Positions 27,157 through 42,376 are shown, numbered from the stretch's first letter. The stretch: 64,000 bases of DNA from the human T2T-CHM13v2.0 reference genome, Homo sapiens (GCF_009914755.1 NC_060937.1), one strand, 5' to 3'. Numbers and translations: made by a program. Notes: generated from the letters alone by a model not told the origin.

Positions 27157-27410
27157 CCTTGACTTCAGCATTGAAGACAGACTGGAACTTAGATTGCAGG
27201 AAAATTATGAGATGCAAAGGCCAGGTTCCACTAGGCATTTTTATAAACTGGTTAGAGAAGCCTGATCAGTCCTTGTTAAAGGATTCTTAAATGCCAATTA
27301 GCAAGTTGGTTTTGTCTCTTAGACCAAGAGGAACCACTAATAGTGTTTGAGTCAAATGGCAAAATGCAGAAATGTCATGACAGCTGAAGAGTCTAAAGAA
27401 CTCATCTTCT

Positions 27411-27712
27411 GGCTGGATGCGGTGGCTCACGCCTGTAATCTCAGCACTTTGGGAGGCCGAGGGGGGCGGATCACGAGATCAGTAGATTGAGACCATCCTG
27501 GCTAACATGGTGAAACTTTGTCTCTACCAAAAATACAAACAAAAAAAAAATAGCTGGGTGTGGTGGCGGGCGCCTGTAGTCCCAGCTACTCAGGAGGCTG
27601 AGGCAGGAGAATAGTGTGAACCCAGGAGGCGGAGCTTGCAGTGAGCCGAGATCACGCCACTGCACTCCAGGCTCAAAGACAGAATGAGACTCTGCCTCAA
27701 AAAAAAAAAAAA
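27411..27712 (+). mobile_element. AluY (or AluSc8)
   Basis: Diagnostic 'gagaccatcctggctaac' and 'gaggcggagcttgcagtgagccgagatc'. TSD AACTCATCTTCT/AACTTATCTTCT. Confidence 0.92.
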
Positions 27713-27839
27713 CTTATCTTCTACAATAGTCTTTATTTTCCATTAGATCCCCTACATATTTCCCAGTCACTTCCCCTATAATTTATGATCCTTTGAAGCC
27801 CAAGCACTGTTTCCTAAATCTAATCATTTCTTTGTTTCA

Positions 27840-28251
<412 letters not shown>

Positions 28252-28313
28252 TATTTTCTGTGATCTCTGTGCCAATAAATATTAACAAAACCTGCGTGTC
28301 TTTTCTTCTGTAG

Positions 28314-28684
<371 letters not shown>

Positions 28685-30028
28685 TTCAACATGCATTTTA
28701 ACCATGAGAAAATCAAGGAAAACCCAATTTATCTGACTTCAAATTTCTTGCCCTTTCAATGAAGCTCCCTCTAGATTACACTTTTTTGCAGAGGTAAGAA
28801 ATGGTTTCAGAGAATGGATTCCCCTGAAGTCACAGGAGACAAAGTTTTACCAGGCTGGGTAGGAGGGAAGGGGGTGGAAAACCAGGAAGTCTCTGACTCT
28901 GGCAGGATTATTCTAAAGCAATTTGCCACATTGCTTTACAGTAATTTCTCCACAGATAAAATCCCTAAGGGTCAAAAAAATTGGCTGACAGGGAGATGAA
29001 TGGATCTTCTCATTAACAACAACAACAAAAAAATTCTCTTAATTGTGCCCTATCCCTGAGCTTTTTCATACACACCCAACTGGAAATATCATGTGTTCGA
29101 CTCTTGATCAGCTTGATATAAAGTAATATTAAAGCAGGGACTCATAATGAAACATGTTAAATTGCTACCCTGTCCTTCTATCTCCCCCTTGCCAAAAAAA
29201 AAAGAAAAACTTAAATTAAACTCTGAAGGAATTGATGACTAGTGATAGTCTCTACAGAACAGTATGGGAATCAATTAAAACAGAAGCTAAAACATGCCTC
29301 AGGATGTAATTGATAACATGATGAGACAGAGAAAAAAACTGTTAAGTGTGAAGTTAAATTCAAAACATCTTACTTAGAGAAAATGCAAAGGCTTCTTTTA
29401 TCCCACAGGACCAATCTCAAGAACTATTAGTTTCTCAGGAAGCAAGAATCAGAGAATAATTGTTGCTGTTTGTTTATTCTTGACAGTTTCAAAGGACAAT
29501 CTCTCTTGGGGGAAAATTTCTGTTTTCAACTTAAAAGTTCATTCTAAACCCAAGACCATTCCAGGAAAGCTTTTTGGCTCTTTCTTGAACTTTGGAAATA
29601 AATTTTGCACAATTTTTCGTAATCCATTTATTTAGTTGCTTCAATTATCCCTTCTCAAATTCAGAGGTTTAGAAACATCACTGGATAGGGAACATATTCA
29701 GAAAAAAAAAAATCAGTATTACAAAGACTAGACGCCAGTCCAGTGAGAAAAAGAAAAAAAGGCCAGGATTATGTCCATGGTGGTCTCCGAATTGCATAAT
29801 TGCCATTTTCAGTGTTGAGGCCTACTGATTGTGGATGTGATGTTTCAATATTTCATAAAATGTTAAAATGCTTTTACTTGAGTTATAGCTCAGTCATTTT
29901 GGCACTTAGGTCTGGTTAAGCGCTGGTTGCCAGATTTTCTTAGTGCATTATCCACTAAGCCACAACCACTGCTAAGAAAACCTTAATTCCTATTAAAATG
30001 TTAAAACTTGGTAAGAAAGATTTGGTTT

Positions 30029-32030
30029 GAGTTTGGACAGATAGAAGATGTGAGCGTTCTCGCTCTCCCTCTCCCTCTCCCTCTCCCTCTCCCTCTCCCT
30101 CTCCGTCTCCCTCTCCCTCTCCCCACAGTCTCCCTCTCATGTGGAGCCGAAGCTGGACTGTACTGCTGCCATCTCGGCTCACTGCAACCTCCCTGCCTGA
30201 TTCTCCTGCCTCAGCCTGCCGAGTGCCTGCGATTGCAGGCACGCGCCGCCACGCCTGACTGGTTTTGGTGGAGACGGGGTTTCGCTGTGTTGGCCGGGCC
30301 GGTCTCCAGCCCCTAACCGCGAGTGATCCGCCAGCCTCGGCCTCCCGAGGTGCCGGGATTGCAGACGGAGTCTCGTTCACTCAGTGCTCAATGGTGCCCA
30401 GGCTGGAGTGCAGTGGCGTGATCTCGGCTCACTACAACCTACACCTCCCAGCCGCCTGCCTTGGCCTCCCAAAGTGCCGAGATTGCAGCCTCTGCCCGGC
30501 CGCCACCCTGTCTGGGAAGTGAGGAGTGTCTCTGCCTGGCCGCCCATGTCTGGGATGTGAGGAGCCCCTCTGCCTGGCTGCCCAGTCTGGAAAGTGAGGA
30601 GCGTCTCCGCCCGGCCGCCATCCCATCTAGGAAGTGAGGAGCGCCTCTTCCCAGCCGCCATCACATCTAGGAAGTGAGGAGCGTCTCTGCCCGGCCGCCC
30701 ATCGTCTGAGATGTGGGGAGCGCCTCTGCCCCGCCGCCCCATCTGGGATGTGAGGAGCGCCTCTGCCCGGCCGAGACCCCGTCTGGGAGGTGAGGAGCGT
30801 CTCTGCCCGGCCGCCCCGTCTGAGAAGTGAGGAGACCCTCTGCCTGGCAACCACCCCGTCTGAGAAGTGAGGAGCCCCTCCGCCCGGCAGCCGCCCAGTC
30901 TGAGAAGTGTGGAGCCTCTCCGCCCGGCAGCCACCCCATCTGGGAAGTGAGGAGCGTCTCCGCCCGGCAGCCACCCCGTCCGGGAGGGAGGTGGGGGGGG
31001 TCAGCCCCCCGCCCGGCCAGCCGCCCCATCCGGGAGGGAGGTGGGGAGTCAGCCCCCCCCGCCCGGCCAGCCGTGCCATCCGGGAGGGAGGTGGGGGGGT
31101 CAGCCCCCCCGCCCGGCCAGCCGCCCTGTCCGGGAGGGAGGTGGGGGGGGTCAGCCCTCCGCCCGGCCAGCCGCCCCGTCTGGGAGGTGAGGGGCGCCTC
31201 TGCCCGGCCGCCCCTACTGGGAAGTGAGGAGCCCCTCTGCCCGGCCAGCCACCCGGTCCGGGAGGGAGGTGGGGGGGTCAGCCCCCCGCCCGGCCAGCCG
31301 CCCCGTCCGGGAGGGAGGTGGGGGGGTCAGCCCCCCCACCCGGCCAGCCGCCCCGTCCGGGAGGGAGATGGGGGGGTCAGCCCCCCCACCCGGCCAGCCG
31401 CCCCGTCCGGGAGGGAGGTGGGGGGGTCAGCCCCCCGCCTGGCCAGCCGCCCCATCCGGGAGGGAGGTGGGGGGGTCAGCCCCCCGCCTGGCCAGCCGCC
31501 CTGTCCGGGAGGGAGGTGGGGGGGTCAGCCCTCCGCCCGGCCAGCCGCCCCGTCTGGGACGTGAGGGGCGCCTCTGCCCGGCCGCCCCTACTGGGAAGTG
31601 AGGAGCCCCTCTGCCCGGCCAGCCGCCCGGTCCGGGAGGGAGGTGGGGGGGGTCAGCCCCCCCTGCCCGGCCAGCCGCCCTGTCCGGGAGGTGAGGGGCG
31701 CCTCTGCCCGGCCGCCCCTACTGGGAAGTGAGGAGCCCCTCTGCCCGGCCACCACCCCGTCTGGGAGGTGTGCCCAACAGCTCATTGAGAACGGGCCAGG
31801 ATGACAATGGCGGCTTTGTGGAATGGAAAGGTGGGGAAAAGATTGAGAAATCGGATGGTTGCCGTGTCTGTGTAGAAAGAAGTAGACATGGGAGACTTTT
31901 CATTTTGTTCTGCACTAAGAAAAATTCTTCTGCCTTGGGATCCTGTTGATCTGTGACCTTACCCCCAACCCTGTGCTCTCTGAAACATGTGCTGTGTCCA
32001 CTCATGGTTAAATGGAAAAAAAAAAAAAAA
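30029..32030 (+). mobile_element. SVA retrotransposon, SVA_F-like, 5'-extended and 3'-truncated
   Basis: (CCCTCT)n hexamer at 30063-30124, antisense Alu-like domain to about 30490, GC-rich VNTR about 30490-31770, SINE-R about 31771-32015, poly(A) 32016-32030. Perfect 16-bp TSD AAGAAAGATTTGGTTT at 30013-30028 and 32031-32046. Recalled SVA_F diagnostics: 'ggttttggtggagac', 'acctacacctcc', 'gggccaggatgacaatggcggctttgtgg'. Confidence 0.97.
30490..31770 (+). repeat. SVA VNTR (about 35-50-bp GC-rich units)
   Basis: Tandem 'gcccggccagccgccccgtccgggagggaggtgggggggtcagccccc' and 'ctgggaagtgaggagcccctctgcccggcc' units. Confidence 0.95.
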
Positions 32031-32759
32031 AAGAAAGATTTGGTTTCTGCACAAGAGCACAATCAGCTGTTGTTTCACTTGCAATACTAAAGGCTTAATA
32101 ATATCTAACATTCAATATTAAAATATAAAATGTATTTGGTACCAACACTATATATCATTTCAATCCTTAAAGAACTTTTCTGAATCATTGGGAATATTTC
32201 AGGGAAAATTACTTAGAAAGAACAGATACCTGCATTACATTGCTCTGAAATTAAGGTAGAATTATTGTACCCCATTAAAATTTGTAATCTCTTGTTAATG
32301 AAGTTTAAAAAGACAGCACATTTATTGCAAGGGAGCTGAGAGAAAGGAAGTAGTAATTATCAGAATATATGCACCAAATCATTATTCCACCTCATTCCTT
32401 ATGCATTTAAACTGTCTCTCTCTACCACGAGTCTTTTTAAATAAAAACTGAAGATTTTGATTGCCTACTTAATGAAAACTTAGATGCAGTCCAGTCAGCT
32501 AGTTTTAAGAGAAGAAAAATCTTAAATTTTTTTACCATAGCTCCCAGATTAATTAATGACAGAAGGGTTAAAATTTCAAATACACATTTGTCTTGTTAAC
32601 ACATAATTGATCCTAACTCCTCAAAGACAGTTCCTCCTTTTTAATGGCAGGCATCTAGTTTGTAAAACAAGGTAACGTTAGTGAGAAATACAGCATAGAA
32701 AGAAGGGTCTATATAGGCTTCATGGACTTGTCTCTTTCTAAAATTTCTTTTTCGTCATA

Positions 32760-32990
32760 ATCAAACAAGCATTCCAGTGTACACTGTCTACCATGCACTT
32801 TACAAGCACTATCTTGTTTAAACCTGACAACAATCCTCTGTGGTATGAATTAATATTTTCCTTATTACACGAATGAAAATTTCATGACCCAAAGAAGTTA
32901 ACTAACTTGTTCGAGGTAATTCTACTGGTAATGGCATACCTTGAATTTGAATCCAAATTCAGTTGACACTTAAGTCTGTGCTTTATCACT
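32760..32990 (-). mobile_element. MIR SINE
   Basis: 'cactttacaagcactatcttgtttaaacctgacaacaatcctctgtggtatg...aagaagttaactaacttgttcgaggt...gaatttgaatcc'. Confidence 0.65.
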
Positions 32991-33530
32991 GAGCAAACCT
33001 GCAGTCATCAAAACATCTGATAAATTATTTCTACAAAGTCAGAAAACTCCATATCAGACAGCCTATTTCACTAACATTTTTTCTTTCACTACTGCTTATA
33101 AATGAACCTGCCAGCAAGACCAGGCGAAAGCTTATCGGTTGCTCCGCTTTCAGCAGCATGAGACTCCCGAAACATGTCTATATATTTGAAGTCCTCTATC
33201 GGTTCTTTATCACGCCTGTTGCAATTTTATGATTTATGTGAGCAAAAAAGCCCCATATTTCCCTCTGGTTGGCCAGTCAATCCACAGCACCCTCCCCTAA
33301 GTCACATCCCTCTCTGAAAAACCACAAACACCTGAAGATATTTTTTTTAGTTGTTTATTTTTCCTTTTAGTTGACACATACTAATAGTGCATATTTATGG
33401 GGTAGAGTGTGATGTTTTGATACATGTGTACTTTATGTAATGATCAAATCAGGGTAATTAGCCTATCTATCACCTCAAACACTTGTCATTTCTTTGTCGT
33501 GGGGACATCTAAAATCCTTTCCTCTAGCTA

Positions 33531-34660
<1,130 letters not shown>

Positions 34661-36165
34661 TATTTTGAAATATCTTGTACATTATTAATAACTACAGTCA
34701 CCTAACTGTGCAATAGAACATCAGGACTTATTCCTCCCATCTAACTTTAACTCTGTAGCCACTGACCCATCTCTCACAATATCCCCTCCCCGTGACGCTA
34801 CCCGGACTCCGGTAACCAGCATTCCACTCCATACTTCAATGAGATCAACTTTTTTAGATTTCATACAAAAGTGAGATAATACAGAAAACAGTATTTTTCC
34901 TTCTGTCCTTGGCTTATTTTACTTAACATAATGCCCTCTAGGTTCATTCATGTTGTTGCAAATGATGGGATTCAATTCTTTCTTATGGCTGAGTAGTATT
35001 CCATTGTGTATATATGCCACAAGTTTTTAACCATCCATTTGTTGATGGACACTTAGATTGATTCCATATCTTGGCAATTGCAAAGAGTGTTACAATAAAC
35101 ATACGTGTGCAGATATGTGTCTGACACACTGATTTCTTTTTCTCTGGATATGTGGTCAGTAGTAGTATTGCTGGATCAAATGGTAGCTCTATTTTTAATT
35201 ATTTGAGAAACTTTTGTTGTTGTCCACAATGGCTATCTAACTTGCATTCTCATCAACAGTGTATAAGTTCCTCTTTCACCATATCCTCACCAGCATTTGT
35301 CATTTTTTTCTTTTTGACTATATCCATTCTAACTGGAGTGAGATGATATCTCATTGTAGATTTGATTTGTTTGCATTTCCCTGATGATTAACGATGTTGA
35401 ACATTTTTTCATATAACTGTTGGCCATTTGTATGTCATCTTCTGAAAAATATCAATTCAGATCTTTTGTCTTATTTTTAATCAGATAACTTGGGGGGTTT
35501 CTGCTACTGAGTTGTTTGAGTTCCCTATTTATTCTTGATATTAACCCCTTGTCAGTGGTATAGTTTGCAAATATTTTCTCTCATTCTGTGGGTTTTCGCT
35601 TCACTCTGCTGTTTGTATCCTTTGCTGTGCAGAAGATTTTTCGTTTGATGTAATCCCATTTGTCTATTTTTGCTTTTGTTGCCTGTGCTTTTAAGGTCTT
35701 ACACAAAAACACTCTTTGCCCAGACCAATATCCTGGAGCATTTCCCCAATGTTTTCTTCTAGTAGTTTCATAGTTTCACATCCTACATTTACATCTTTAA
35801 TGCATTTTGAGTTGATTTTAATAAATGGTGAGAGACAGGAGTTTAGTTTCACTCTTCTGCGTGTAGACATCCAGTTTTCCCAGCACCATTTATTGAAGAG
35901 ACTGCCCTTTCCCTACTCTCTCAGACAAGATAAGGCATTGTCACCTCAATGCTAACTTAGCACTTAGCCCTTACCTTCATCAGAACACAGATCACATTGC
36001 GGATGAATCATCTTCATATACCAAGCCTGCCTCTTCATTTTCAATCAATCTGTTGGTGCACACAGGAAATCTATATCTCAGTCTTCTATTTTTCTAAGAC
36101 TTGTTGAAACAGCTGATTATTATTATTGTAATTTTCTCCTCATGAATCTGTCCAAATTATTTAAA

Positions 36166-36259
36166 AAAAAACACAGTATCTTTAACTTTGTAAGTGGTAA
36201 AAGCAAAAAACTGTAAAAAACACAGTACCTTTAACTTTGTAAGTGGTAAAAGCAAAAAA
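36166..36259. repeat. Tandem duplication, period 49 bp, 2 copies
   Basis: AAAAAACACAGTA(T/C)CTTTAACTTTGTAAGTGGTAAAAGCAAAAAA occurs twice, separated by CTGT. Confidence 0.95.
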
Positions 36260-37510
36260 TAGCCACAAGCAATTTATCTCAAAGTCATGAAGAATGTGAA
36301 GCCTCTACTTGAGAAAAGGCCCTTGAAAACAAAGAATGCATATTATTGCACAGGGTTGTATTTCAGGCTCCTCTATACCACAAACATTTCAGAAAACTCT
36401 AATCATTGAGAAAATGCCAAATTAATATTTAGTCTTTGGAAACTAATTTCGTGAATAATTTCATTATAATAGCCTACAACTATGGTTTTGAATGAGAAAC
36501 CACTTTGGAAATTAATAGTTTGGTTGCTGAAACAAAAAATTATTAACTCTCCATCATCAATTAAAATAATATATGGTACTATGAAGCACTTCCATACGGA
36601 ATAAATAATGAATATCTGGAAAACTGTAAATTATATAAATCCTAAAAACCTAAAATAAAAAGGAAATTAAAGACTATTTAGCAAAAGCAAATTTGTTGTT
36701 CTCCCTGAAGGGAAAACATAAAGGTCTTTTAGAAGATTAAAGATTCATGTCTGTGCTGCTTTCTGAAAATTCCTATGAATCATTCAGTCTTATTGAAATG
36801 CACAATTACTACTTACATAAATAGAACATTCTCATATATATGTATATGTGTGTGATGATTTGTGCATTTTTGTGGCATCAATGTAACTAGAGCTTTAAAC
36901 TTTGTTATATTAAAAAATAAATCATTTGAGGTCTTTGCCAGCTTCTATTCTGCCTAGAGCTGTGAAAGGAAGGGGTGGAGGAGGACAAAATTAGATATCC
37001 CAGGAATAGAAGGCTCATTGGAGTACAATATAATCTGAAAATCCAAGAAACTTGAATCTTATCTGACAATGTTCTCAGGAGATACTCAGGATGGAAAGTA
37101 GCTATTTTGTGTCTAAACAATTTCCAAGACTAGAGAAATTGCAAGCTCTCCACAGATGCTACCAGTAAAATGCTTCAGAAGAGAGTTCATTTTTGCCTCA
37201 GTAATAATGCCTTAGCACAGTAGGGTTTGTGTATTCATGAGTGGGCGTGGGCATAGTACCCGGGAAAGTGCTTAATTAGTGTCCGTAGCTAAGGAAAGAG
37301 AGAAGAAGCCAGCAAGTGCATGCAGGGAATGCCAATCTATGGTCCGTAGCTGAAGCAGCTGGACAACAGGTGACAAGAAATAGTGAGGGAAGCCAGATGA
37401 AGTGACTGAGTTGTTTACTAATGATCTCCATTTGTCTTTTGGGAAGATACAGGGTCATATTTCTTATCTACTCAAATAAAATGTTATTTAACACCAGAAG
37501 CAATAGTATC

Positions 37511-38024
<514 letters not shown>

Positions 38025-40477
38025 ATGTCTTTCTTTGTTGGTCTTTGTTTCCATTGCTCTATTCAACCTAAATGCACATGTTCTTTCTACATGGAGTGAT
38101 CTTAGCTAATGCTCTATTTTGTACCGTAAAGGTACAAAACATTTATAAGCAAGTGTCAGAATATGCCCTTATACATCAGGAAATTTCCTTCAACTTCAAA
38201 GGCTAGAAATATTTTAAAGTTCTAGATATGGTCATTCAGGAAGTACTGAATGATAATCCCTATGTTGTTGCAATACGTCTTTTATCCCACCTCAACCCTC
38301 ATCCTCCTAAACATACCTAAGCTAGGAAAAGAACTCAGGCATTGTAACAAATGTAATGTGAGGCCATGGTGATGGGGTGGTATAATAACTCTGGAGAGGA
38401 CTGGGGTTGTACAAGGTTATATGGAGCCCGTGCCAGAGAACCCAACAGATAGCCAAAGATTTCCATGAGCCTTATGAAGCCAACCAGGAAGCTGTCACAA
38501 AGTTCTGCTGCCTAAGCAGCATGAAACACAATGATAACAAAATAGAAGTTCAGCATGTCTTAGGCGACTGACAGAAAAACCAGTGTATCAGTGTGATCTG
38601 CAGTCCAGTGAGCCTTGTTCCAATGAGAATTCAAATTGGCTGCTATCTCTTTATCTTGAAACAAGACCACAACTTGGTAGATGAGTTGACTGCTCTATGT
38701 AGGTGGGCCCACCCAAACCTTGAAGGATTCTATCCAAATGTCTTCAGTAAACCTAACAGAGGTGGGTGGATTGGGGAGCCTTGAGGGTACTCATAGTTTG
38801 GATAACAACTTGCTCCTTAAGATATTTGTCCTTCTCTTCATCTTGGACCCAGCCCATGTCAGCCTATGCACTCATTAGCAGATCAGGAGCCGTGACAGCA
38901 AAGTCTATGCCAGAGAACTAACGTTAACATTCCTTAACCATGTGTTCTCCCAAGGAAGGGTCAGGAATTATTCTTACCATGGTGGTCACTGGTCCCCATG
39001 GGGAAAGGGGTCAAAGGAAAGGCAAATTGGAAGGCCAAGTAGAATTTGGGTCCCAGATGAATTGATAGATTTTTTTCTTTGCTCTCTTCTCCCAAAGGAG
39101 GTCTCTCCACTGGGATTTCTAACTCTAGGAGAAGAGACTGTTACGGGTCAAAGGGGAGCTTCCAAATAGTCAATAATAGGACCTATCTCTCAGGAGTTAG
39201 GACAAGGCGTCGACAGAAAATATTGTTGGCTTGACTGTGTGGGATACAGCTTCAGTCGGACAGAAATCTTGTGTTCCTCAAGGTAGCTGAGTCTATCACA
39301 GGGGCCTCTCAGTTATGTGGAGAGTTAAAAACTATCTGCTATAGATCCATTATGTGCCCGGGGCTCTGCTCATCACTGGAGAAACAGGCATGATTAGAAG
39401 ATGGCCCTTCACACACAGGAATCAGTAGAGTTATATTGTTCTGAGTTAAACTCCTGGCCGCATCTCCGAGCAGCTGTGTGACTTTGATCAATTTCTACTG
39501 TCTCCATTTCATCTATAAAATCAGGATAATCCCAGTCTTCTAATTTGGGTTGGTGGATGTTTTTTCCATTTCATAACTTAGAATCAAGTGGGGAGAGAAA
39601 CAGGGACATAGATGCCTAAATGCTGTGAAAGAGACACAGGCAGATGTGTAGAGGCACAGGAGACTTAGCTGGAAAAGATAAATAGTAAATAATTTATAGG
39701 AGATAGTATAAAAGCCTACAATCCAGATGGGATCCTAATTTACCAGATTTAGGGGTCAGGGCTTTAGCCATATAGGCCCTATCAGAACACCCCATCCATT
39801 CAGCCTAAAGGCACAAGTTGACTTTCCATGGTGCTGTTTCTTGTTGAAGGGTGAATTGGAACTAGTAAAATAGCATACACTCACCTGCATATGCATTTGT
39901 TCATTCAGCTACTATTTGGACAGGGTAAGTTACAAGCCTCGGTCAAGGCTGAGGACTTTGCTGAAATGCTCATTCTGAAGCAGCGTTCAGCTGCCCTTTG
40001 ATCCTCAAGCACTGATGGAGTTCAATTCCATTGATTAGCATGGATTCCTTTCTGATTCCTCTACTTAAACCTGCCAGTGTAGATTCAATGTCAATCAAAG
40101 TATACTTTAAACAATGAAATTTGATCAACTTAAATTAAGGAGAGAAATTAAGAAATAATTCCTGTAATTAGAGTAAAATTAATATCTATTTAAGAAAGTT
40201 AAATCACACTGGGATTCCCTAACTGGATGCCTTTTGTTGGCCATTTTATTAGATGGCATAATTCAGTCTCAAGAAGTAGGCCCGCCTATATCAAATGAGA
40301 AGCCTACTGGCAGAGTATCAGTTTATATTGCATACATGGAGCAGCATTGCTCACCAAATTGTCTGTCTGGATCTTGTGTGCAATTTGGGTGATATTTAAG
40401 GCATATGACTTATTGAGATAAAGAAAATTTTTATAGTTTTTTGAATCCTAAGTCCTTATCTCCATGTAGCAATTGCA

Positions 40478-40610
40478 TTTAGGGTCAGATTCTCCCCTCT
40501 GCCCAATTCTGCTTTTCTCAATTCCTTACAGTGCTTCTCCCGAGAGCACTCCCCAGTAAACATTCTGCAAACAACTTTACATCTCAGAGTCTGGGAACCC
40601 AATCTAACAT
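40478..40610 (+). mobile_element. ERVL LTR (LTR16/LTR33-like) 3' fragment
   Basis: 'ctgcccaattctgc...gagagcactccccagtaaacattctgca...catctcagagtctgggaacccaatctaaca'. Confidence 0.55.
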
Positions 40611-40759
40611 GGGATTGTCAATCAAAGTGGTCCCCTCAAGAAGCTTTACCCAAATTTTAATCACTCTGCTTGTGCTCAGAACCCAGTAAAAATTCCTTCT
40701 GAATCTTTTTAAAGCAGAAGCACATTTTAGGGGACGTCTACCCCAAAGTACCAAATATT

Positions 40760-41090
40760 TACCATCTGGGGTTATGTATGTATATTTTCAGAAAAGAGAC
40801 AAAAGTTACTCTAAACTGAGTCTGAGGAATAAATTCTGTGATTAAGCTAGGGTCCACTACTTAGGTGCAGCTAAAATATTTTGATAATGATTTTCTTAGA
40901 TGGTGGTCACAATAGTTTGAAAGCAGAACTCAAAAAGAAGTTTTACAATGTTTTGAGCAAAAGTGGCATCAGTGAAATAAGTGTGTAGCCTCCCAAGAGA
41001 ATTACCTAGAACGATAAATCTCTTTCCTGTATAACTCCCACCATTCTTGTTAAAATACCAGTCTCATGATTTTATAGTTATGCTGAAGTT
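40760..41090 (+). mobile_element. Ancient mariner-derived element (MARNA-like)
   Basis: 'aatgttttgagcaaaagtggcatcagtgaaataagtgtgtagcctcccaagagaattac' resembles a mariner transposase C-terminal remnant. Confidence 0.5.
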
Positions 41091-41957
41091 GCAACTATGA
41101 GACTCTAGTTAGAGCCTATTATTCCCCCTTGTAATTATATTTTCAGGCATAAAGATCTCCATGGAAAATAGGACTTTAGGACCTAGGTTGGAGGATCTGA
41201 AGAAATGAGAAGCTTTAAGTAGCATGTGGTATTTTTTCCAGTACAAGGACTTGAGCATATTTATAGACTAATGGCAGGAATTGTGTCATATTCATCTGTC
41301 CATTCCTAGCTCCAACCCCAGTGTCTGATATCTAATAAGCCATTGTAGAGGTTGTTAAATTATTTAATATAAGAGAAATGCTAGAGACAAGCAGGATTTC
41401 TGAGCCCTTGCCAGCAAAAAAAAAACAATAAAATAAAATAAAATAAATCAGAAATTATGAATAAGTATAATAATTATATTATTCTTTATATGCATGTAGC
41501 TTATTTCATATATCTATGTGACTTCCCTTTGTATTTTTCCTCAATTTCATACTTCCCCTTAATGATTAGCCGGACCCTAAAAATCAAAGTGGCCTATATG
41601 CTTGTTTGCAGTGATAGCAGAGGTGACTCCTCAGCAGGCCTTAGCAGTAGAAGAACCCAATAAATAAAATGAATAGAGGCTGTCATAAAGGGGAGGGAAA
41701 GCCTGAGGAATCCCTAGGGCCTGGAAGTTCAAGAAGTGGGAGACTAAAGAGCCACCCCAGCCTGTATACAGGCCTCAGGGTTCTGAAAGCAACTCTGCAG
41801 AGCAAGAGATTGTCAAGGCTCACCAAACAGGAAGCCCCGAGGCAGTAATAACCAGTGGCATATAGTTAAGTATTAAAAGGGTAAAGTTGACAATTTGTGC
41901 CATGTGAAGTAGGAAGGGCAGAGATCAATATACACTGGGGAAAATCTTCATGAGAGG

Positions 41958-42376
41958 TATATTAATCTGTTTTGCATTGCTGTAAAAGAATACCTGAGAC
42001 TGGGTAATTTAGAAAGAAAAGAGATCTGTTTGGCTCACAGCTCTGTAGGCTATACAAGAAGCATAGTGCCAGCACCTGCTTCTGGTGAGGCCCTCAGGAA
42101 GCTTCCAATCATGGTAGAAGGCGAATGGGGAGCCTGCATATCATATCACAAGGGAGGGAATAAGAGGGAGAGAATGAGGTGCCGGACTCTTTTAAACAAC
42201 CAGCTCTCACATGAATTAATAGAATGAGAACTCACTCATCACCAAGGGGATGGTGCCAAGCCACTCATGAGGGATCTGCCTCCATGAGCCAATACCTCCC
42301 ACTGGGCACCACCTCCAACCTCGGGGACCACATTTCAACATGAGCTTTGGAAGGGACACACATACAAAGCATATCA
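41958..42376 (-). mobile_element. MSTB-type MaLR solo LTR
   Basis: 'tatattaatctgttttgcattgctgtaaaagaatacctgagactgggtaattt...catttcaacatgag...catacaaagcatatca'. Confidence 0.9.

Noticed and set aside
30490-31770. Regularly spaced repeats resembling a CRISPR array
   Set aside because: There are no unique spacers and no cas genes. It is the SVA VNTR in human DNA.
30377-31804. Long GC-rich ORFs (up to 245 aa) on both strands
   Set aside because: These are read-throughs of the stop-poor SVA VNTR. The products are repetitive P/G/R peptides with no gene structure.
33261-33277. CTCF-like CCCTCTGGTTGG
   Set aside because: It mismatches the CTCF core at key positions and cannot be supported without ChIP data.
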